Source: Myxococcales bacterium
GTDB taxonomy: Bacteria; Myxococcota_A; UBA9042
Assembly: GCA_037441385.1 (NCBI GenBank)
Contig: JBBISH010000036.1
Span: forward strand, 1 to 49,192
Direction: 5' to 3'
DNA length: 49,192 nt
Part shown: one piece after another, positions 38,005-46,958 of the stretch
Layout of the letters: each line of letters starts with the position of its first letter
How positions within the stretch are numbered: position 1 is the first letter of the stretch
Program-made: the position numbers and the translations under genes
Notes under the pieces: generated by a model
The model's database searches: none
What the model saw: the letters and a program-made list of their open reading frames with translations, nothing else
What the model was told of the DNA's origin: nothing

Positions 38005-38391
38005 TCACGGCAACGTGGCCAGCCACACGCCGCGGCGGTCGACCAAGCCCACGGTGTGAAACACCATGAACCAACTGATGACTTCGGCGTAGTCGGCCAC
38101 AAAGTCGGGGTCCAGCCGCTGGCGCCGCCGCTGGCAGTGCTGCAGTTCGCTCCCCACGTCGCGGATCAGCTCGAGCAAGTCGCTGACTTCGCGGAGCATC
38201 CGGGTGACCAGCCCTTTCCAGTCCACGTGGATGGGCCCGGCGTCGCCCTGCACCCACAGCCGCTCGCCGTTGGGCAAGCGCGAAAAACGACTGCGCCCGG
38301 CAGCTTTGCGGAACTGCCCGGCGCGATCGCGACTGGAATTGTCGGTGTAGAAGCTGCCGGTGCCGGTTCGGACGCGGATGGTCGGCGGCAT
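38005..38391 (-). CDS. Hypothetical protein (128 aa)
   Basis: Fills the gap after rplC on the same strand with protein-like composition; no recognised motif. Confidence 0.5.
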   Translation of the reverse strand: MPPTIRVRTGTGSFYTDNSSRDRAGQFRKAAGRSRFSRLPNGERLWVQGDAGPIHVDWKGLVTRMLREVSDLLELIRDVGSELQHCQRRRQRLDPDFVADYAEVISWFMVFHTVGLVDRRGVWLATLP

Positions 38392-38414
38392 CGGCAGGCC
38401 CTATCTTGGCGAAG

Positions 38415-39113
38415 TTACTGAGCCTTGGGCGCCTTGACGGCTTCCTGGATCCACACGAGCGAACCGTTGGCGCCCGGCACGCTGCCGCGGACCACGACCA
38501 GGTTCTTCTCGGCGTCGGCCTGCACCACGGTCAGGTTCTGCACGGTGACGCGGTCGGTGCCGTAGTGGCCGGCCATCTTCTTGTTCAGCCACACGCGACC
38601 GGGCGTGGTGCGGGTACCCAGCGAGCCACCGTGCCGGAACACTTCGTGGGTACCGTGCGAGGCCTTGGGCATGTGGTAGTTGTGGCGCTTGATCACGCCG
38701 GTGAAGCCGCGACCCTTGGTGGTGCCGATGACGTCGACCTTCTGGCCGGCCTGGAACGACGCGGCGGTCAGGACCATGCCGACTTCGACCGCGGCCACGT
38801 CCTCGTCCGAGACGCGCATCTCGCGCAGGTGCGCCATGGGCTCGAGGCCGGCCTTCTTGAACACGCCGCCTTCGGGCTGATTGATGTTCTTGGTCTTTTT
38901 GGCGCCGGCAAAGCCGAGCACGATGGCGTTGTAGCCGTCGTTGCCGGCCGCGCTCTTGACGCGAACGATCGGGCAGGGGCCGACTTCCAGGACCGTGACG
39001 GGGATGCGCTGACCTTCCAGGCCGAACACCTGGGTCATGCCAACTTTGCGGCCGAACAGGCCCTTGCTCAGGGTCTTGTTGTAACCCTTGCCGATGGTGC
39101 TTTTCAGGGACAT
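38415..39113 (-). CDS. rplC: 50S ribosomal protein L3
   Basis: GRKVGMTQVF, IPVTV, DGYNA, VDVIGTTKGRGFTGVIKRH, SHG, PGRV..KKMAGHYG, RGSVPG; ATG at 39113 after GGAG. Confidence 0.97.
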   Translation of the reverse strand: MSLKSTIGKGYNKTLSKGLFGRKVGMTQVFGLEGQRIPVTVLEVGPCPIVRVKSAAGNDGYNAIVLGFAGAKKTKNINQPEGGVFKKAGLEPMAHLREMRVSDEDVAAVEVGMVLTAASFQAGQKVDVIGTTKGRGFTGVIKRHNYHMPKASHGTHEVFRHGGSLGTRTTPGRVWLNKKMAGHYGTDRVTVQNLTVVQADAEKNLVVVRGSVPGANGSLVWIQEAVKAPKAQ

Positions 39114-39297
39114 TGTGGACTCCACCTGACTTCTCCGGCCGACCAGACTCCGTTCGAACGGGCGCAACTGGGCGACAGGATTGACGCGATCGACCGTGGG
39201 CGTTGGACTCGGCCTGGGCCTGCATCGCGGCGCAGAGGCTGACGGACCGTTCCGGCCAGCGTGCGACTTGCCCTGCCTTTGGGGCAGAGGGGGCAGA

Positions 39298-39326
39298 AGT
39301 GTATGCACCGCCACGGTTCCGGTCAA
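39298..39326 (-). promoter_or_regulatory. sigma70 promoter for rplC
   Basis: Minus strand TTGACC (39326-39321), 17 nt, TACACT (39303-39298), followed by a GC-rich discriminator. Confidence 0.7.
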
Positions 39327-39489
39327 GATCGAATCGGTCGACTTGCCTGCGCTTGCCCGCGATCTTAACCTGCATCCCATCGGCCAGGTCGGGCCGTGGT
39401 CGCGGTGGCACGGCGCGCTTTTTCGGCTCGCACCCCGCCCGCGTCCCGGCGTGTGTAGCGCGGCAAACGGCAACAAGTTTGGAGTGACC

Positions 39490-40416
39490 ATGACTTCCAG
39501 CGACGCAGACCTTCCCCCGCTCGGCCCCGTGGTCGACGCACTGTGCGCCCAGGCCCTGAAGCTGGCCGGGCCACGCAGCACCAATGGCCGGCTGGAGCTG
39601 CCGTCGCGCGACGTGGTGATCGCCTGCGTCGAGGGGCTGCGTGCCGCGTTTTTCCCTGGCTACGTAGGCACTTCGGACTTGCACGACGAAGGGCTGCACT
39701 ACTACGTGGGCGCCACCCTGGATCGCACGCTCCGCGATCTGGAAGAACAGGTTCAGCGCGGCCTGGCCTTCATGGAAGCGCCCGTGTCTGGCAGTCGCGA
39801 CGATCGCGAGCAGCGCGCCTACGCCATCATTCGCAAGTTTGCACAGCGCTTGCCCGAAGTGCGGGCACTGGTCGCCAGCGATGTCGAAGCCGCCTACGAG
39901 GGCGATCCCGCGCTCGTGTCTCGCGACGAGGCGATCTTCAGCTACCCCGGCATCCTGGCCGTGACCTACCAGCGGGTGGCCCACGAGCTGTATCTGCTTG
40001 GAGTTCCACTGATTCCGCGCATGATGACCGAGCATGCCCACAGCATCACGGGCATCGACATCCACCCCGGCGCCACCATCGGCGAGCGCTTCTTCATCGA
40101 TCACGGCACGGGGGTCGTGGTGGGCGAGACAGCGATCTTGGGCCGCAACGTGCGGCTGTACCAGGGCGTTACGTTGGGCGCCAAGAGCTTCCCGCTGGAC
40201 GCGAACGGCCACCCGATCAAGGGCATCGCCCGCCACCCCGTTGTCGAAGACGACGTGATCGTCTACGCCGGCGCCACCATTTTGGGCCGGATCACCGTGG
40301 GCCGCGGCGCGTCGATCGGCGGCAACGTCTGGGTCACGAACAGCGTGCCGCCCGGCGGCCGAGTCACGCAAGCCGCGACGCGCGAACAGAAATTCGAGGG
40401 CGGCGAAGGTATCTAG
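39490..40416 (+). CDS. cysE: Serine O-acetyltransferase (CysE/EpsC type)
   Basis: AAYEGDPA, SYPG, TGIDIHPGATIG..FFIDHGTGVVVGET, YQGVTLGA, RHP. Confidence 0.93.
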   Translation: MTSSDADLPPLGPVVDALCAQALKLAGPRSTNGRLELPSRDVVIACVEGLRAAFFPGYVGTSDLHDEGLHYYVGATLDRTLRDLEEQVQRGLAFMEAPVSGSRDDREQRAYAIIRKFAQRLPEVRALVASDVEAAYEGDPALVSRDEAIFSYPGILAVTYQRVAHELYLLGVPLIPRMMTEHAHSITGIDIHPGATIGERFFIDHGTGVVVGETAILGRNVRLYQGVTLGAKSFPLDANGHPIKGIARHPVVEDDVIVYAGATILGRITVGRGASIGGNVWVTNSVPPGGRVTQAATREQKFEGGEGI

Positions 40417-40461
40417 CGTCGCTGGATCTGCCCCGCCGCCGGCTCTCCGTGGGCTCGCGGG

Positions 40462-40490
40462 TTGACACGCGGCCCGGTTTGGCCGATTGT
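40462..40490 (+). promoter_or_regulatory. Candidate tRNA promoter
   Basis: TTGACA (40462-67), 17 nt, GATTGT. Confidence 0.35.
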
Positions 40491-40527
40491 ACAGCGGTCG
40501 CGCGGCGCTTCAGGCCCCGCGAGGCGA

Positions 40528-40613
40528 GCCGGAGTGGCGGAATGGTAGACGCGGCGGACTCAAAATCCGTTGACTTTGCGGTCGTGTGGGTTCAAGTCCC
40601 ACCTCCGGCACCA
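40528..40613 (+). tRNA. tRNA-Leu(CAA)
   Basis: Acceptor stem GCCGGAG/CTCCGGC; D-loop GGAATGGTAGAC; anticodon arm GCGGA-CTCAAAA-TCCGT; long variable arm; T-loop GGTTCAAGTCC; encoded CCA. Confidence 0.97.
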
Positions 40614-40763
40614 CACCCAGACAATCACAGATTCGCATGACGCCCAGGGCCACTAGCCGTGGGCGAGCAGCGCCGCGCCGGGTCCAAGGGGCCGTGCGCG
40701 CGGGGTTCCGCGCACAGCACTCGTCGCGAGGCGTGGCCACCTCCGTCCAAGGGGTGCCGGTCC

Positions 40764-42152
40764 ATGCGTAGCCACCGAGCTTTGGGCCTGACAAGCGCAA
40801 CAATTCGGCGCGGCAGATGGCTCGCCAGGGCGTGGTTCGATTGCTTTTGGTTCGCATGGGGGTTGGCCGTGCTGATGCTCGCGCCGGCGAGCATGGCCCG
40901 TGCGGACGAACCATCTGGTCTCCCAAGCGAATCGCGCGCAGAGGCTGCTCCCCTGGCGGCCGAGTCCCTAGACACGTCGCTGCGCGGCGACGCCGAAATG
41001 CGCTTCCGCGGCATGGGCGGGGCACGTCTGCAGGCCCTGGGCCAGGGTTACGAGAACCTCAACAGCGGCTGGTACCAGCGATCGCGGCTGGGTATTTTGC
41101 TCGAGCACTCGCAGCTTTCGGCATACCTGCAGCTGCAGTCCTCGGGCGCGCTGGGAGCGGCGGGCCCAGGATCAGATCCGATGCCCTTGGGCCTGCAGCA
41201 GGGCTGGCTGCGGACGCGCGCCCAATTTGCCCAGGAATTATGGCTGGATGCTGGCCGTCTGGTGCTGGACTACGGCGCCGGGCGGCAAATCGGTGCCTAC
41301 GATTTCGACGCGATCGGCCAGGCCTTTGACGGGGTGCGTGCCCACTACGCCATCCCCAAGCGGCTGATCGCAGAGGTTTTTGCCGCCCGCCTCAAGCCAG
41401 GTGCGGCGGGCAGCGAGGTGCGGCGCGGTCTTTCGGGTACACACTTGACGGCCACGCCGAACGAGTTGTTGAAAGCCGAGGTCTACGTTCTGTATCTGGT
41501 CGATGACAACGCCGCCGAGCGCAGCGGGCTGCTGACCATGGGCTCGCGGGTGGTGGGCGGGCCGTGGCTGGGCTTGTCCGCAGAAGTGGAAGGTGCTGTG
41601 CAGATTGGCGAACGGCGCCACGCCGACAGCCAGCATCCGACTGATCGCTTGGCTTGGATGGCGGCGAGCGAGGTCAACTACCATCTGGACGGACGCATCC
41701 CCTTGACGTTTGGGCTGTTTGGCCATGTATTCAGCGGCGACGACGATGCCACCGACGCCACCGATCGCGCCTGGCAACCGCTGTACCCATCCAAGGACGC
41801 GGTGGTCGGCTTGCTGCGCGTGTTCGACCCCTCGAACCTGGCGCAGGCGGGGGCGCGGCTGCAGTGGCACTCGCCCAGCGCGGTTTGGCCGGTGACGGTC
41901 GGCGCCGACGTGCGGCGCAGCCTGGCCGCGGCCCACGGCAAGATGCCTGCCTTTGGCGGCGACACGGTGCCAGGCGATCACGGCTGGCAAGACCTGGCGA
42001 ACGAGGTCGATCTGCGGGTGCGCTGGCGGGTCCTGCCGGGCTCCGACCTCATGGTCGCGGCCTCGGGTCTGGTCGGAAGCTCTATGCTGGCGCGCACATA
42101 TGGCACCGACCGCGCGCTCCTGGCGCTGCTACAATGGACAACGCGGTTGTAG
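40764..42152 (+). CDS. Outer-membrane beta-barrel protein, alginate export (AlgE)-like
   Basis: Signal peptide ending ARA; QRSRLG, GRLVLDYGAGRQIG...GQAFDG, EGAVQ.G, SGDD, EVDL; start uncertain. Confidence 0.65.
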   Translation: MRSHRALGLTSATIRRGRWLARAWFDCFWFAWGLAVLMLAPASMARADEPSGLPSESRAEAAPLAAESLDTSLRGDAEMRFRGMGGARLQALGQGYENLNSGWYQRSRLGILLEHSQLSAYLQLQSSGALGAAGPGSDPMPLGLQQGWLRTRAQFAQELWLDAGRLVLDYGAGRQIGAYDFDAIGQAFDGVRAHYAIPKRLIAEVFAARLKPGAAGSEVRRGLSGTHLTATPNELLKAEVYVLYLVDDNAAERSGLLTMGSRVVGGPWLGLSAEVEGAVQIGERRHADSQHPTDRLAWMAASEVNYHLDGRIPLTFGLFGHVFSGDDDATDATDRAWQPLYPSKDAVVGLLRVFDPSNLAQAGARLQWHSPSAVWPVTVGADVRRSLAAAHGKMPAFGGDTVPGDHGWQDLANEVDLRVRWRVLPGSDLMVAASGLVGSSMLARTYGTDRALLALLQWTTRL

Positions 42153-42221
42153 CTGGATACCTTTCGCCCCACCTGAGCACCGCCACGGCGGGCGCGCACC
42201 GCAGCCCCTCACGAGGTCCCG

Positions 42222-43451
42222 ATGATCATCGCCCACGGCAGCCGCACCGACGTCGGCTCGGTACGAAGCAGAAACGAAGACAGCTACTTTGCCGACGGTG
42301 ACTGCCGAGTGTTTGGCGTCTGCGACGGCGTAGGCGGCCGGGCAGGTGGCGCCGAGGCGAGCCGCATCGCCGCCGACTACATCGCACGGACCGTGGCCAC
42401 CTACCGGCAGCAGCTAGATGATTTTGACCAAAACGTGGGCCAGACCGCCCGCCGCGACGTCGCGCTCATCTTGGAGCGCACGATTTCCGAAGCCAGTCGC
42501 CAGGTTCGCCAGCACGGCTTTACGGACACCAAGCTCACCGGCATGGCCACCACGGCCGCGGTGCTGCTGGTTGCGGGGCACCAAGCGTTCGTGGCGCATG
42601 TGGGCGACTCGCGCGTGTATCTGCTCCGCCAAGGCGTGCTGCACCTACTCACCGAGGATCACAGCCTTTTAAACGACATGCGCCGCCGCGGCCGCGCCAT
42701 CGACCCCAGCAGCATCGTCGCTGGCTACCACGAGTCGCTGACGCGGGCCCTGGGCGTACTGGACACGGCGCGCGTCGATCTGCTGGATCTCGAACTACTG
42801 CCGAAGGATCGCTTCGTGCTCTGCTCAGACGGCGTCCACGGCGTGGTTGGCGACGAGATGATGCAGCTGCTGGCGGGCCGCGGAACGCCGCAAGAGGCCT
42901 GCGACGAACTCATCGAAGCGGCGTTGGAGCGCGGAGCACCGGACAACGCGACGGCGGTGGTGGTCGACGTGGTCGACGACAGCACGGTCGATCGCGCGAT
43001 GCGGGTGCGGCGGCGCCTGGAAGCCATCCAAAGCGTCACCATGTTCCGCTACCTGCCGTTTGCCGATCTCATCCGCGTGGCCGGCATCGCCCGCGAGGAG
43101 ACCTGGCCGGCCGGCCAGCCGTTCTTCCGCGAAGACGAAGTGGGCGACAGCATGTACATCTTGCTCACCGGCGAAGTGAAAGTGGCCCGCCACGGCGTGC
43201 AACTGAGCGTGCTGGCACCCGGTGCGCACTTTGGCGAGATGGCCCTGATCGAGCGTGCGCCGCGCTCGGCCACCGTGACGGCCGCGTCGGCCTGCGAAGT
43301 GCTCGTGATCGATCGCGAGGGGTTCTATGGGCTGCTCAGCGAAGAAAGTGCTGCCGTCAAGCTACTTTGGGGCTTGGTGCGGATGCTCAACGCCCGCCTG
43401 CGCGCCACCAGCGACGAGCTGAGCAACCTGAAGACCGGAGGCGGCAAGTGA
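42222..43451 (+). CDS. PP2C/PPM Ser/Thr phosphatase fused to a C-terminal cNMP-binding domain
   Basis: RNEDS, VCDGVGG, HVGDSR, LCSDG, DNAT; cNMP motifs GDSMYILLTGEV, FGEMALI, PRSATV. Confidence 0.92.
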   Translation: MIIAHGSRTDVGSVRSRNEDSYFADGDCRVFGVCDGVGGRAGGAEASRIAADYIARTVATYRQQLDDFDQNVGQTARRDVALILERTISEASRQVRQHGFTDTKLTGMATTAAVLLVAGHQAFVAHVGDSRVYLLRQGVLHLLTEDHSLLNDMRRRGRAIDPSSIVAGYHESLTRALGVLDTARVDLLDLELLPKDRFVLCSDGVHGVVGDEMMQLLAGRGTPQEACDELIEAALERGAPDNATAVVVDVVDDSTVDRAMRVRRRLEAIQSVTMFRYLPFADLIRVAGIAREETWPAGQPFFREDEVGDSMYILLTGEVKVARHGVQLSVLAPGAHFGEMALIERAPRSATVTAASACEVLVIDREGFYGLLSEESAAVKLLWGLVRMLNARLRATSDELSNLKTGGGK

Positions 43452-44179
43452 ATTCCTCGATCGCACGCTGGCAGTCCGCGACCTTGGGCTGGCTGACCCT
43501 GGGCTGCCTGACTTGGCTGGGCTGTACGCCCCCTGACCCGCCGCCGCCGCGGCCTGCGCCACCCAAGGTCGCCGAAGGGGGCGAAGCGGACGACCCGCAA
43601 GCCAAAGCTGCCGGCCGCACGGACGGGCTGACAGACGGCAAGCTGGTGTTTTCGGACAATTTTGACCGAACGGAGCTGGGCAGCGACTGGACGATCAAGC
43701 ACGAGGGCGAGTGGCAGCTGCAAGACGGCCAGCTCAAGCCCGTGCGCCTGGCGAACGAAGACGAGCGCAACCAGGGCCTGTGGCTGAAACAGCCGCTGCC
43801 GGCCAAGGTGCGCGTCACGTTCGAAAGCAGGTCTTTGACCAAGATCGGCGACACCAAGTGCGAGATCTTCGGCACCGAACCCAAGCACGAAAGCGGCTAT
43901 TCGGTGATCTTTGGCGGCTGGAACAACACGATCAACGCCATCGCTCGCAAGGGCGAGCACGAGTCCAGGCGCGTCACGCAAAGCGAATTCGTCCGCGTCG
44001 AGCCCAACCGTACCTATACCTGGACCATCGTGCGCACCGACGGCGTGCTCCGCTGGTACATCGATGGCAAATTCATGATTGCCTACGACGACGCAGACCC
44101 GGTGCGCGGCACCGCCTTTGGCTTCAACAACTGGGCCAACGACGTGCGCATCGACAACCTGAAAATCTTTGCATTGTAG
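43448..44179 (+). CDS. Lipoprotein with concanavalin-A-like (lectin/glucanase) domain
   Basis: GTG overlaps the upstream stop; WLGC lipobox; Pro-rich linker; FSDNFDR..LG..W, WYIDGK, FGFNNW..VRIDNLKI. Confidence 0.7.
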   Translation: MNSSIARWQSATLGWLTLGCLTWLGCTPPDPPPPRPAPPKVAEGGEADDPQAKAAGRTDGLTDGKLVFSDNFDRTELGSDWTIKHEGEWQLQDGQLKPVRLANEDERNQGLWLKQPLPAKVRVTFESRSLTKIGDTKCEIFGTEPKHESGYSVIFGGWNNTINAIARKGEHESRRVTQSEFVRVEPNRTYTWTIVRTDGVLRWYIDGKFMIAYDDADPVRGTAFGFNNWANDVRIDNLKIFAL

Positions 44180-44272
44180 GGGGCTGTGACCTAGATTGGC
44201 GAAGGCGCCGGGGCCGGCGGCGATGCGGCTCCGAGCCAGCACCCCAGGGTTGGCGGGTCCGCCTTGGACCGG

Positions 44273-44302
44273 TTGACGCCGGGGCCGCAGAGCCCGTACA
44301 TT
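44273..44302 (+). promoter_or_regulatory. sigma70 promoter for the pph1-like phosphatase
   Basis: TTGACG (44273-78), 18 nt, TACATT (44297-302). Confidence 0.6.
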
Positions 44303-44337
44303 GCGCACGGGGCAATCCTTGCTGGCGCCCCGCAAAA

Positions 44338-44470
44338 CCGGCCGCAAAACGCCGGCTCCCCAACCGGCCCGCCAAGGCCGGCACCGGACGACCGGCCGCA
44401 GAAGCCGGAACTGAATGAAACCGGCCGTGGAGGCCGGCACTTAGATGAATCCGGCCGTGGAGGCCGGCAC
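44338..44470 (+). repeat. Array of five CCGGC(C)-loop-(G)GCCGG hairpin repeats
   Basis: Units start at 44338, 44364, 44392, 44421 and 44451 (period 26-30 nt); the last two share ccggccgtggaggccggcact. Confidence 0.85.
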
Positions 44471-44483
44471 TAAAAGGTGCTCC

Positions 44484-45257
44484 GTGGCAATTCGAGTGAC
44501 CTGTGCCGGTGAGACCAACGTTGGCCGCAAGCGCAGCCACAACGAAGACAACCTGTTGGTCTTCCCCGAGCAAAACCTGTTCGTAGTCGCCGACGGGATG
44601 GGTGGCCACGCCTGCGGCGAAGTGGCCAGCGCGATGGTGGTCGAGACGATGCGCGAGTACTTCGCGCGCGCCGCTGGCGATCCCGATGCCACCTGGCCGG
44701 GCCGCGAAGAGCGCGGCCGCACCCAAAGCGAAAACATGCTGAACGCCGGCATCCGCTGGTGCAACTACACGATTTGGGAAAAGGGCCAGAGCGATCCCAA
44801 GTTCAAGAACATGGGCACCACCGTGGTGGGATTCCATGTCGACGACACCCACTTCACGGTGGCCCACGTGGGCGACTCGCGCTGCTATCGGCTGCGCGGC
44901 CAAGACCTGCATCAGGTGACCGAAGACCACTCGCTGCTCAACGACTACAAGAAGATGGCCGTGCTGACCCCCGAGGAAGAGGCCAACTTCCCGCACAAGA
45001 ACATCATCGTGCGCGCGTGTGGTCTCAAGCAGGACGTGCAGGTCGATCTGCAGCGCGACAAGCCGCAGAAGGGCGACATCTATATGCTTTGCTCGGACGG
45101 GCTGTCGGGCGAAGTGCCGGATCCGCAAATCCGCGAGATCATGTTGCGCGAGCAGAGCAACCTGCCCGGCATGGTCAGCAAGCTGATCCAGCAAGCATGC
45201 GAAAATGGTGGCAAGGACAACGTCACCTGCATCGCCGTCCGGGTCGACGACCTGTAG
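44484..45257 (+). CDS. pph1: PP2C-type Ser/Thr phosphatase (Stp1/IreP family, Myxococcus Pph1-like)
   Basis: KRSHNEDN, VADGMGGH, DATWP, MGTT, HVGDSR, TEDHSLLNDY, FPHKNIIVRA, LCSDGLSG, GGKDNVT; GTG at 44484 after AAGG. Confidence 0.88.
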   Translation: MAIRVTCAGETNVGRKRSHNEDNLLVFPEQNLFVVADGMGGHACGEVASAMVVETMREYFARAAGDPDATWPGREERGRTQSENMLNAGIRWCNYTIWEKGQSDPKFKNMGTTVVGFHVDDTHFTVAHVGDSRCYRLRGQDLHQVTEDHSLLNDYKKMAVLTPEEEANFPHKNIIVRACGLKQDVQVDLQRDKPQKGDIYMLCSDGLSGEVPDPQIREIMLREQSNLPGMVSKLIQQACENGGKDNVTCIAVRVDDL

Positions 45258-45466
45258 CCAAGAGCGGAAATAACTGGCCGTCTGGACGCGTTGGGACTAC
45301 ACTATCTGTCTACCGCGGCACCCCGGTCCGTGTCGCGCCTGCGCCCTGGATAGCGCCGGTGGATTTCGCCTCAAGAAGATCGCATGCCCCAGCGATCTGC
45401 AACCCCTGAACAACCCGTGTCGTTTTTGGTCCGCCCCTGCGGCCGACCAGCTCGCCAAGGAGCACG

Positions 45467-46474
45467 ATGACTTCGACCCAGGCCCTGTCGCTACAGCCGG
45501 TGGCACAGATTGCCGTTGAACTTCATGCGCTTGTAGTGGAACTGCAGGAGCGACGCCAAGCCAAATTGGCCGCCCAGGCCAGCGCTCCTCACGGGCCCAG
45601 CATGGCCGAGCGTGCCCACCAACTTGCCGAAAAGGCGCGCGAGTTGGGGGCCCAGTGGCAAGCAGCCCGCCCCGAGGTGTCGGCCCTGCTCGAGCGCACC
45701 GCGGCCCGGCTGAGCGCCCTGGACCTGAGCCAAAGCGGCCTGCGGGCGCGCCGGCAAGCCTCGGTCAAGGTGGCCCAATACTACGAGGGCCTGGCACGCA
45801 CCCTGCGCCGCGAGCCCGAAGTAACTGTACCGCTTCCGGAATTGCGGCCGAAGAACTACGCCCGCAACGTGTTCCACGTGGGCAACGGCATCCTGGGCGC
45901 GACGCTGTACACGGTGTTCCCAGAGCGCAGTACGGTGCTGAAGATTGCGGGGATCTACACCGCGGTGATGGTGGGCCTGGAGCTGGCGCGCCGCCTGTCC
46001 AAGCCGCTGAACCGCTGGCTAGTCGACGTGGTGTTTGGCTCGATCGCTCGGCCCAGCGAAGCTTGGCGCATGAATTCGGCGACTTGGGGTGGCATCGCCA
46101 TCGTCCTGATGCTGAGTGCTGGCGTTCCGCGCCTGGCCTGCATCGCGGCGGTGCTGACGTTGGGCATCGGTGATCCGATGGCGGCGCTCATCGGCAAGCG
46201 CTGGGGCAAGCACAAGCTGGTGGGCAGCAAAAGCCTAGAGGGTACCTTAGCTTTTGTGGCCTCGGCCGCCCTGCTCGTGGGCGGTTGGCTGGCGATCTTC
46301 GAGCCGGCAAGCTACGGCACCTCGGGTCACTTGGCCACTTTGTTGGCTGCGGCGCCGCTGGCCTTGGTCGCCGGCATCGCCGGCGCGACGGTCGAGTTGT
46401 TCTCGAGCCATTTGGAGGACAACCTGTCGATTCCTTTGGCTGTTGCCGCGGCGACCGCCTTTTTGGCGCCGTGA
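45467..46474 (+). CDS. CTP-dependent diacylglycerol/polyprenol (phytol/dolichol) kinase family membrane protein with N-terminal helical extension
   Basis: RNVFH, RPSE, GIGDPMAALIGKRWG, KSLEGT, EDNLSIP. Confidence 0.82.
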   Translation: MTSTQALSLQPVAQIAVELHALVVELQERRQAKLAAQASAPHGPSMAERAHQLAEKARELGAQWQAARPEVSALLERTAARLSALDLSQSGLRARRQASVKVAQYYEGLARTLRREPEVTVPLPELRPKNYARNVFHVGNGILGATLYTVFPERSTVLKIAGIYTAVMVGLELARRLSKPLNRWLVDVVFGSIARPSEAWRMNSATWGGIAIVLMLSAGVPRLACIAAVLTLGIGDPMAALIGKRWGKHKLVGSKSLEGTLAFVASAALLVGGWLAIFEPASYGTSGHLATLLAAAPLALVAGIAGATVELFSSHLEDNLSIPLAVAAATAFLAP

Positions 46475-46644
46475 GCGACGAGTCCCTGGCCGCCCGCTTG
46501 GCCGAGCTGGAATTGAGGTACATGGAGTTGCAGCGCGACCTGGATACGCTGAGCGAGGTCGTGCGAGCCCTGGACCTGCGTGTGGATCGCACCGAGGCCA
46601 GCTTGGAGCGGCTGCAGGCCTGCGACGAGATGGACACGGACTAG
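46471..46644 (+). CDS. slyX: SlyX family protein
   Basis: GTG overlaps the upstream stop; RLAELELRYMELQRDLDTLSEVV coiled coil. Confidence 0.7.
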   Translation: MSDESLAARLAELELRYMELQRDLDTLSEVVRALDLRVDRTEASLERLQACDEMDTD

Positions 46645-46958
46645 CTGGAGCCGGTGCCGGTGCCCGTGGTTGGCAACAGGCGAACACGCTGTCGACTTCG
46701 CGGCGACTCGCGACAACCGGAAGAATTGTAAAGGGACGCGTGGGCGGCGCCCCGGCCCGGCGACGCGGCTCGGTCAGAACAGGTATTTCGTGATTGATTC
46801 CGACGCGTTCGCTGACAGGACTGGCTGTGACCCATCCTCATGGCGCGGCGGTCACGCTTTGGCGTTTTGCGGCGAGCGTGCGTATATGGTGGGGAGGAGT
46901 CGGCGACGCTCGCGTGCGCGCCGGGTTTGTCGATTGCGCCGCTGCGACAGGTGACCCC

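Noticed and set aside
34366..40371. 826-aa plus-strand ORF (34366..36846) and 656-aa minus-strand ORF (38401..40371)
   Set aside because: They overlap clearly identified hemL/hemD/hemC, rplC and cysE in other frames.
40528..40700. tRNA-Leu as the integration site of a genomic island
   Set aside because: No integrase, no duplicated tRNA 3' end noticed and no obvious compositional shift.
44338..44470. Palindromic repeats as a mini-CRISPR array
   Set aside because: Spacers are only ~8-13 nt, the repeats are degenerate, and no cas genes are in the window.
46645..46958. Riboswitch (e.g. c-di-GMP-I) upstream of the Cys-rich lipoprotein
   Set aside because: Only a GGGACGC fragment and a weak GTGACC/GGTCAC stem are present; the core consensus is missing.
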